A stretch of DNA of 64,000 nt from positions 9,052,001 to 9,116,000 of the forward strand of contig OZ024743.1 in NCBI GenBank assembly GCA_964016885.1, written 5' to 3'. The stretch is from Eledone cirrhosa. Lineage: Eukaryota. The position numbers were made by a program, and so were the translations under genes. Below are positions 56,910 through 64,000 of the stretch, piece by piece (the stretch's first letter is position 1; each line of letters opens with the position of its first letter). The notes beneath the pieces are model-generated. The model did no database searches and had not been told where the DNA came from. It saw only the letters and a list, made by a program, of their open reading frames with translations.

Positions 56910-57165
56910 ACACCATCGTCACTATCATCGCCCTCATCGCTATCATTGGTACAATTGCCATCATCATCATCACCATCGTCACTATCATTGCCATCATCGC
57001 CATCATTGGTACAATTGCCATCATCATCATCATCATCATCATCATCGCCATCATCACCATCGTCACTATCATCACCATCATTATAATCATCATCATCATC
57101 ATTATCATCATCATCACCAATATCGCTATCATCGCCAGCGTCACCAGAATCACCAAGCGCATCAC
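56910..57165. repeat. Degenerate (CAT)n trinucleotide array with higher-order ~60-bp repeats
   Basis: CACCATCGTCACTATCAT...TATCATTGGTACAATTGCCATC repeated. Confidence 0.9.
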
Positions 57166-57472
57166 AGTGTGAAACCCCCATTACTCTCATCATCACTATC
57201 AACAACATCTGAATTGTCATCGTTATTTCATCTCGTAAGCGCTATGCCGTATCACCAGCTGTTCTTGAATCTGTAGGCAGCACTAACTAAACCAGTATCA
57301 CCCACATACTTAAATAAAGCAGCATATAATGACATTACCCCCCCCCCCCCACACCCACACACACCCACACACCCACACACACACACACACACACCACTAC
57401 CACCACTCCCACCACTACCACCATATGGAACTAAACAAAAACAACAGCAACAACACTACTGTTATCATTATT

Positions 57473-57885
57473 TTGGCAGAATCGTTAGAGCGTCGGACAT
57501 CATGCTGCTTTGCAGTACAGAATTACGGCCGTTTACGTTCTGAGTTCAAATCCAGCCGAGGTTAGCTTTGCCTTTCACCCTTACGGGGTAGATAAAATAA
57601 AGTACCAGTCACACATGGGTCAATTTAATCGACTTCCCCTCCCCCAAATTTGCTGGCCTTGTGCTTATAGTAGAAATCATTATTATTACACAAATATGGG
57701 TGCTGGATAGGCAGAATCATTAGAGTTTCCAATAGAATGTTTTATGTATTTGTTCCCGCTCTTTACGTTCTAAGTTAAAATCAACTTTGATTTCCATCCT
57801 TCCAGGCTCGATAAAATATAGTGCCAGCAAGTATTTTCCCCTTTCAAATCTGCTGGTCTTTTACCCCAATTAGAAACCATTATTA
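57473..57885 (+). mobile_element. Two tandem SINE family A copies
   Basis: TGGCAGAATCGTTAGAG...GAGTTCAAATCC...; second head at ~57710. Confidence 0.8.
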
Positions 57886-58190
57886 TCAACAGGAATAACT
57901 AATATAACAACAACAACAACATATAAAAAATATATAGCCCCAATAAAACCACATCGAAAACAAACATAAACTACAAAGCCAACAGGACGATTTTTCACCA
58001 TTGATATACCAGATAACTTCAAGTACATGGAGAATGCTCTGCAGTTCTCTTGTTCAACCCTTTTCTATATTTTGCTAAGCTTGTAGCAAATTGCACGGCT
58101 TTCAGAACTCTCAAGTAAAGAAGCAGTAGAAGCATTTAGATCTATTCAATAAAGGACAGTTAAATTTAAAGAACCACTAAAAAAAGAAAA

Positions 58191-59192
58191 ACGAGGGATG
58201 GTGAATTCATGAATCCAGATAATTACAACCCCTACATCCATATATATATATATATATATATATATTTCGTTTCTGAATTTGTTTAGCAAGAATCTTTATC
58301 TGAAATCGTGTGTTGAAACCGATATTGTTATACTTTGGGAGGGTCATGTTGCCAATAAGAAACACACGCACCAGTTGCTTTCACTTCAATTTAATTTAAT
58401 ATATATTTATAAATTTACAAATTTATAAATTTCTGGTTGGTTGGTTGGTTCCACAACCAGATAGTTGTTTATATATATATAGTCATAGTTCTTTCGTCAC
58501 ACACTCTGTGACCTCTTCAGTGACTGGGGATTTCTTTCTTCGTTTCTGTGCCTTTCCTTTCTTCTATCCTACGCCATTTTGGCGTAGGATAGAAGAAAGG
58601 AAAGGCACAGAACGAGGGATGGTGAATTCATGAATCCAGATAATTACAACCCCTACATCCATATATATATATATATATATATATATTTCGTTTCTGAATT
58701 TGTTTAGCAAGAATCTTTATCTGAAATCGTGTGTTGAAACCGATATTGTTATACTTTGGGAGGGTCATGTTGCCAATAAGAAACACACGCACCAGTTGCT
58801 TTCACTTCAATTTAATTTAATATATATTTATAAATTTACAAATTTATAAATTTCTGGTTGGTTGGTTGGTTCCACAACCAGATAGTTGACTGGGGATTTC
58901 TTTCTTCGTTTCTGTGCCTTTCCTTTCTTCTATCCTACGCCATTTTGGCGTAGGATAGAAGAAAGGAAAGGCACAGAAACGAAGAAAGAAATCCCCAGTC
59001 ACTGAAGAGGTCACAGAGTGTGTGACGAAAGAACTATGACTATATATATATAAACAACTATCTGGTTGTGGAACCAACCAACCAACCAGAAATTTATAAA
59101 TTTGTAAATTTATAAATATATATTAAATTAAATTGAAGTGAAAGCAACTGGTGCGTGTGTTTCTTATTGGCAACATGACCCTCCCAAAGTAT

Positions 59193-59200
<8 letters not shown>
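58191..59200. mobile_element. Complex fold-back locus: 421-bp tandem duplication plus inverted arm, hammerhead-bearing
   Basis: Units start ACGAGGGATGG at 58191 and 58612. Hairpin centres CGCCA-TTT-TGGCG at ~58578 and ~58944. Inverted arm 58946-59200 ends in (TA)n. Confidence 0.88.
58997..59041 (+). ncRNA. Minimal type I hammerhead ribozyme motif (mirror copy on - strand at 58481-58525)
   Basis: Stem I AGTCA/TGACT; CTGAAGA (59002-59008); extra G; stem II GTCACA-GAGTG-TGTGAC; GAAA (59027-59030); minimal stem III G-AA-C; triplet CUA ending at 59036. Confidence 0.75.
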
Positions 59201-59238
<38 letters not shown>

Positions 59239-59278
59239 TAAAATAACAGATTAAAGCTCAAGCAAAGAATCGCTGCTT

Positions 59279-59319
<41 letters not shown>

Positions 59320-59320
59320 A

Positions 59321-59476
59321 TAACGAAAGAATTGTGGTAAGGAACCAGATGGACCATAACGCACCAGAGTACTCAATACTTAGGGTAGTAGAGCTGTAAT
59401 AGGAAGAGGTATGACCCCGACAGCAGAGCTCAAGCCGTTTCGACGGCTATTTCAGTCCAGAAATAGCCGTCGAAAT
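59321..59476 (-). mobile_element. Copy of the 41319-type element with a short fold-back
   Basis: Reverse complement of 41356-41510 with few changes; hairpin TTTCGACGGCTATTT-CAGTCCAG-AAATAGCCGTCGAAA at its 5' end. Confidence 0.82.
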
Positions 59477-59631
59477 GTGTGTGTGTGTGTGTGTGTGTAT
59501 GTGTGTATATATGTACAAAATATAAATAAATGTATGTATATATAATATATATTTATACTTCAATATGTATGTATCTCTATATTTCTTTACATACACAAAC
59601 ATAAGCCAAAATACTCAATACATAGATTTAA

Positions 59632-59760
59632 TAATTGTTTCTAAATTTGGCATAAGGCCAGTAATTTGAAGGGATGGGAGGGGTCGATTAAGTCGACCCC
59701 AGTGCGTTGCTGATACTACATTTTATCGACCCCGTGAGGATGAAAGGAAATGTTGACCTT
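59632..59760 (-). mobile_element. SINE family A, 3' half
   Basis: TTTATCGACCCCGTGAGGATGAAAGG. Confidence 0.75.
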
Positions 59761-59992
59761 CGTGTCTCTGTTTATGTTTACACCGGACTAAAAAACAATG
59801 TTGTTTATGTTGTGCTCCTAAATGTCCCGTAACATAACGTTTCAACAAACCGAAATCGATAAAATAGGACTAGACTAACATATGTAATGAGTAAATAAGA
59901 TCAGCTAAATTACTAAGGACAGCTCGTTAGTTATCTGAAGAGCAATGACTGAAACCAAAGAATGTAAGAAAGAGCATATATATTGTAATATA

Positions 59993-60210
59993 CAGGCTGA
60001 CCCCCAAAACACTCCTTGATTTCAAATACTTATGATATGAAAACTTAAATGAATATTCTTCCAATATTAGTGGCTACAGTTGCATAAACTAACAAAGTTT
60101 CATGCAGTATTGGTTGATATCATAGACACTCGGTGTGCGCTGCCCCTTTTGTTTCTCGGCAAACATCAATGTGATATTCAAACACGGAATGTTTTTGTGT
60201 GGTCACCCTG
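59993..60210. mobile_element. Tc1/mariner-type MITE
   Basis: TA|CAGGCTGACCCCCAAAACACTCC ... GGAATGTTTTTGTGTGGTCACCCTG (imperfect TIRs, left TA flank). Confidence 0.6.
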
Positions 60211-60620
60211 AATTATAATGCAAAATTATACAAGCCAAATATTTCTGAAACTAAAACATCATTGCTAAAGCAAATACTAATTTTTGCTTCGGACGAACTG
60301 GTTTCATATAGTGACATACAATCGTAAGAGGACGAGATGGGAATTGTATAGCAGCTTTATTCATATGCATGTTTGGGTTCCATATCACCAAATGTGAGGC
60401 GCTGGATGTATGTCAGGGATTTGTATAACGAAAAGAAAACGACTGAGGTCATAATGTAACAGAAGGTGATGAAGTGATGATGAAGGGTGATAGCACTGTG
60501 TGCGTATGCATGTGTATACACACATACACATATATATATATATACAAGTATACATACATGTATACATACACACACACACATATATATACAAGTATACATA
60601 CATGTATACATATATATATT

Positions 60621-60660
60621 ACGAGCTGAGGATCCGATAAGGTGAAACAATTGTTCTCGT
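60621..60660 (+). ncRNA. 40-nt minimal type I hammerhead ribozyme motif
   Basis: Stem I ACGAG/CTCGT; CTGAGGA (60626-60632); stem II T-CC-GATAA-GG-T; GAAA (60644-60647); palindromic stem III ACAATTGT; triplet GUU ending at 60655. A deleted relative lies at ~61012-61037. Confidence 0.78.
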
Positions 60661-60684
60661 TATGGTGAACTAACTGTTGTGTAA

Positions 60685-60754
<70 letters not shown>

Positions 60755-61297
60755 ATATATATATATATATAATTATATATATATTTATATATATATATAA
60801 TTATATATATCTTTATATATATTTATATATATATATATATATAATTATATATCGAGCCCTCTTTGGATTTTAGTCTACAATTTTATTATTATTACTATAT
60901 ATTACTATATATTTATATATATATATATACATATAAATATATATTTATATATATATATATACATATAAACTGAACTATATATATTTATATATATATATAT
61001 ACATATAAACGTCTGAGGTGAAACAAATTGTTCTTGTGTGTGTATATACGTACATACATATATATATATATATACACATACACGACCTCCTCTCCACATC
61101 TGAATACAGTCAATTTCATCCAGAATAAGGAAGGAGAGTGATAGAAAGGAAGTGGGAAAGATATATATGAATAATCGACCTCAGTACTGCTCTGGTATTC
61201 TTTTATCGACCTCGGAAGGTCGATAGGAAAAGTTGGCCTCGGTGGGAGTTGAATTTAGCGCGTAGAGAACCAGAACGAATACTGCAATGTATATATA

Positions 61298-61643
61298 TTT
61301 ATTAAGAAAAACGATGTTTCGTTTACGTGTATTTAGTTTTTTATTGCGTATCGACCGGTTACGTGCGTTTCACAGCGGATTGGTTCGAGTCACCCATAAA
61401 AGTTATGGACCCGAAACAATTATCGATCTGCTGCTCAGAATGACGATTCAACGTTGAGGATCAGATCGATAATGGAGTCGGGTGACTGAGCCAATCCTCT
61501 GCGAAACACGCGTAACAGGTCGATACTTAAAAAAAAAGTAAATACATTTAAAAGAAACTTCATCGTTTTTCTTAATATATACACTCTGCCTGTACATCGA
61601 GTGCTCTTTTGCTAGCACCACCAGTAATTCACTGAATTACATA

Positions 61644-61648
<5 letters not shown>
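61298..61648 (+). mobile_element. Older fold-back element in TA with the shared 3' hairpin
   Basis: Imperfect IR TATTAAGAAAAACGATG (61300-) / CATCGTTTTTCTTAATA (-61577); GAAAC-ACGC-GTA at ~61503; ACTCT...ATCGAGTGCTCT at 61583. Confidence 0.7.
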
Positions 61649-61683
<35 letters not shown>

Positions 61684-61689
<6 letters not shown>

Positions 61690-61820
61690 GACTTCTACAG
61701 GAGTAGAACAACTTCATTCGTATGATGATTTCATACGAATGAAACAGTTCTAGTCATGTAGCAGTCATTTCTATATATAATAAAGATGCCTATACTCTAC
61801 CAACGTATTGAATACCTTTA
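61684..61820 (+). mobile_element. Fold-back element of the 39733 family
   Basis: IR centred at ~61726; ATGATGATTTCATACGAATGAAACAGTTCTAGTC; AATAAA; ACTCT...ATTGAATACCTT. Confidence 0.72.
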
Positions 61821-61937
61821 TATAACATATTATATATACATTATACATATATATATTATATATACATAATATTTATATATATATATATAAATATATATAT
61901 ATATATGTATCTCTCTCTGCTTCTCTCTCTCTCTCTC

Positions 61938-62055
<118 letters not shown>

Positions 62056-62373
62056 GTAATGAGAATATTGCATCGTTTAAGAAATTAGGTTGAATAAAAG
62101 AGAAAAATTAATAAATCAAAATAGCGTAATGAGATGTGGAAAATAATTGAAGGTGCATATTTATTCTTATCACAAAAAGTTTATAGGCTCCTTAAAACAT
62201 TAACAATTTAATCGATAACGTTTGATACTGAAAATTGAGTATTTTCAAACGTTTAGAGTTTACACACACAAATGGTATTTGAATTTTCTGTCAGCCTTTG
62301 TAGACAGTTGAAGCTAATCCTTTAGCTCCAGACAAAACACACACACACACACACATACACACACACACACACA

Positions 62374-62509
<136 letters not shown>

Positions 62510-62840
62510 AATATATTAATTATGAATACAGACTATCTTAGAGGGGAAATAACCATGGAAATATATACAAAGTTATGATGCAGACGTTGTGTTCTGAGTA
62601 TGGTTTTAATACATCTCGATTAACGACAGAATGCTTTACCAACTATAGTTGTCTATTTATAACATCGTAAACCCATTCAACACAAATTTTTGGAGAGATA
62701 ATATACTACTACAGCGTCATATATGTGAAAGAATTTAGGACAATCAAGCCTTTCTCATAAAATTATAAGTATAATTGAAATGAATTAGCCAATCACAAAT
62801 AGAAACCGGTTCGTACACTCATTCATATATTTGAATTTCA

Positions 62841-62984
62841 ATAATTGTTTCTACTTTAGGCACAAAGCCAGCAATTACCCAGTTCATTACTGGTACTTTA
62901 TTTTATCGACCCCGTAAGGATGAAAGGCAAAGTCAACCTCGGCCTTTCATCCTTACGGGGTCGATAAAATAAAGTACCAGTAAT
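62841..62984 (-). mobile_element. 5'-truncated SINE family A with a 43-bp fold-back
   Basis: Arms 62886-62928 / 62942-62984, 13-nt spacer. Confidence 0.88.
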
Positions 62985-62990
62985 TTCAAT

Positions 62991-63177
62991 AATTGTTTCT
63001 ACTTTAGGCACAAGGCCAGCAACTACCCAGTGCCTCACTGGTACTTTATTTTATCTACCCCGTAAGGATGAAAGGCAAAGTCAACCTCGGCGGGATTTGA
63101 ACTCAGATCGTAAAGGGACGTAACTATGCTAGAAAGCATGGCGTCCGACCCTTTACCGATACTACCAACCCACCGCC
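62991..63177 (-). mobile_element. Full-length SINE family A with TSD
   Basis: AGTAATTTCAATAAT at 62979-62993 and 63178-63192. Confidence 0.9.
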
Positions 63178-64000
63178 AGTAATTTCAATAATAATAATAG
63201 ATAATACAAACAGGCATAGAGGAATACTGAAACACACACATAATCTCATTCATCTCACATATACGCACCATTAATCTTGCATTTCTCACAAATTTTCTTA
63301 TAGTTATTCATCTATAAGTAACGTCAAATGTTAATATGAACATTTCATATTAATTTAAATATTATCTGCTTTCCTGTGTGTCTTCACTTCTTTTCAGAAA
63401 ATCTTCAACAGGTCAATACACATTCTAGTAGAATATCATCAGGAAAGCTTTACTGCATGCATTACCAAGCTTTTACGTTTAATTCTTCGATTCACTTCCT
63501 GCAATGAAGGCAATATCGGTGAGTACTTCAAATCTACAATCTATGCTCTTCGAAAGGCGGTCCTTTGAGAGGGTCATTGCTCTGGATCTTCAGGTTCTTA
63601 GTTCAAATCCCACCGAAGTCAACTTTGCCTTTCATCCTTCCGTAGTCGATAAAATAAACTTCCAATTCAGGGGGGTGGCTTAATGCAATTGCTAGAGCAG
63701 GGTATGGTTGTCAATCATAAAGCTTATAGTATTTATTCTGGTTCTTTACGTTCCCATTTTATCTACGACTACTTGTCTTCTGTATATAAAAAAGAAATTG
63801 CCTGGGCCTATGTTCCGGAGTTGATATATTGCTAATCCTGATTTAAATAAAGTTTGTGTTGATTGAACCATTCCACTTACTTCTCGCCTGCGATTTACTG
63901 TCGACTTGTAGAGATGTCGAGTCCTCTATTGTGACATACTCTAGAGCCAGCGTCCATGATATTTATCAGACTGAGCCTATTTGGAACCTATACTTGCTAT

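Noticed and set aside
56851-57276. His-rich (+) and Asp-rich (-) ORFs
   Set aside because: Produced by a degenerate (CAT)n array; no splice or domain evidence.
63290-63560. Decayed RT fragment on - strand (LPSLQEV...)
   Set aside because: Single weak motif, frame broken.

Overview
Eukaryotic, very AT-rich, microsatellite-saturated non-genic DNA. The SINE repertoire and the density of (TA)n, (CA)n, (GA)n, (TATG)n and (TAA)n tracts look like a coleoid cephalopod (Octopus-like) genome; this is an inference and was not checked by search. No host protein-coding gene, rRNA, tRNA or CRISPR can be supported, and nearly all supplied ORFs are microsatellite translations. The only long real ORF (41822/41858-43786) is a 5'-truncated R4/Dong-like non-LTR retrotransposon (RT + CCHC + restriction-like endonuclease) inserted in (TAA)n. 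The main finding is a set of retroelements that divide the microsatellites between them. (1) Dong-like REL elements sit in (TAA)n. (2) Two other REL families sit in (CATA)n, interleaved with a non-coding RTE-like element that has (TGTA)n tails, forming a 4-kb array at 18.3-22.4 kb. (3) More than ten small non-coding elements, most of them in (TA)n, are often fold-back palindromes, carry minimal type-I hammerhead ribozyme motifs, and share a covarying 3' hairpin (RCTCT...GAGY-RCYYT) across sequence-unrelated families. These are most likely Penelope-like pLTR remnants or non-autonomous retrozyme-like elements. tRNA-derived SINEs, several hAT- and mariner-type MITEs with TSDs, and a perfect 213-bp inverted repeat are also present. 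All structures were read by eye; no folding or database search was run.
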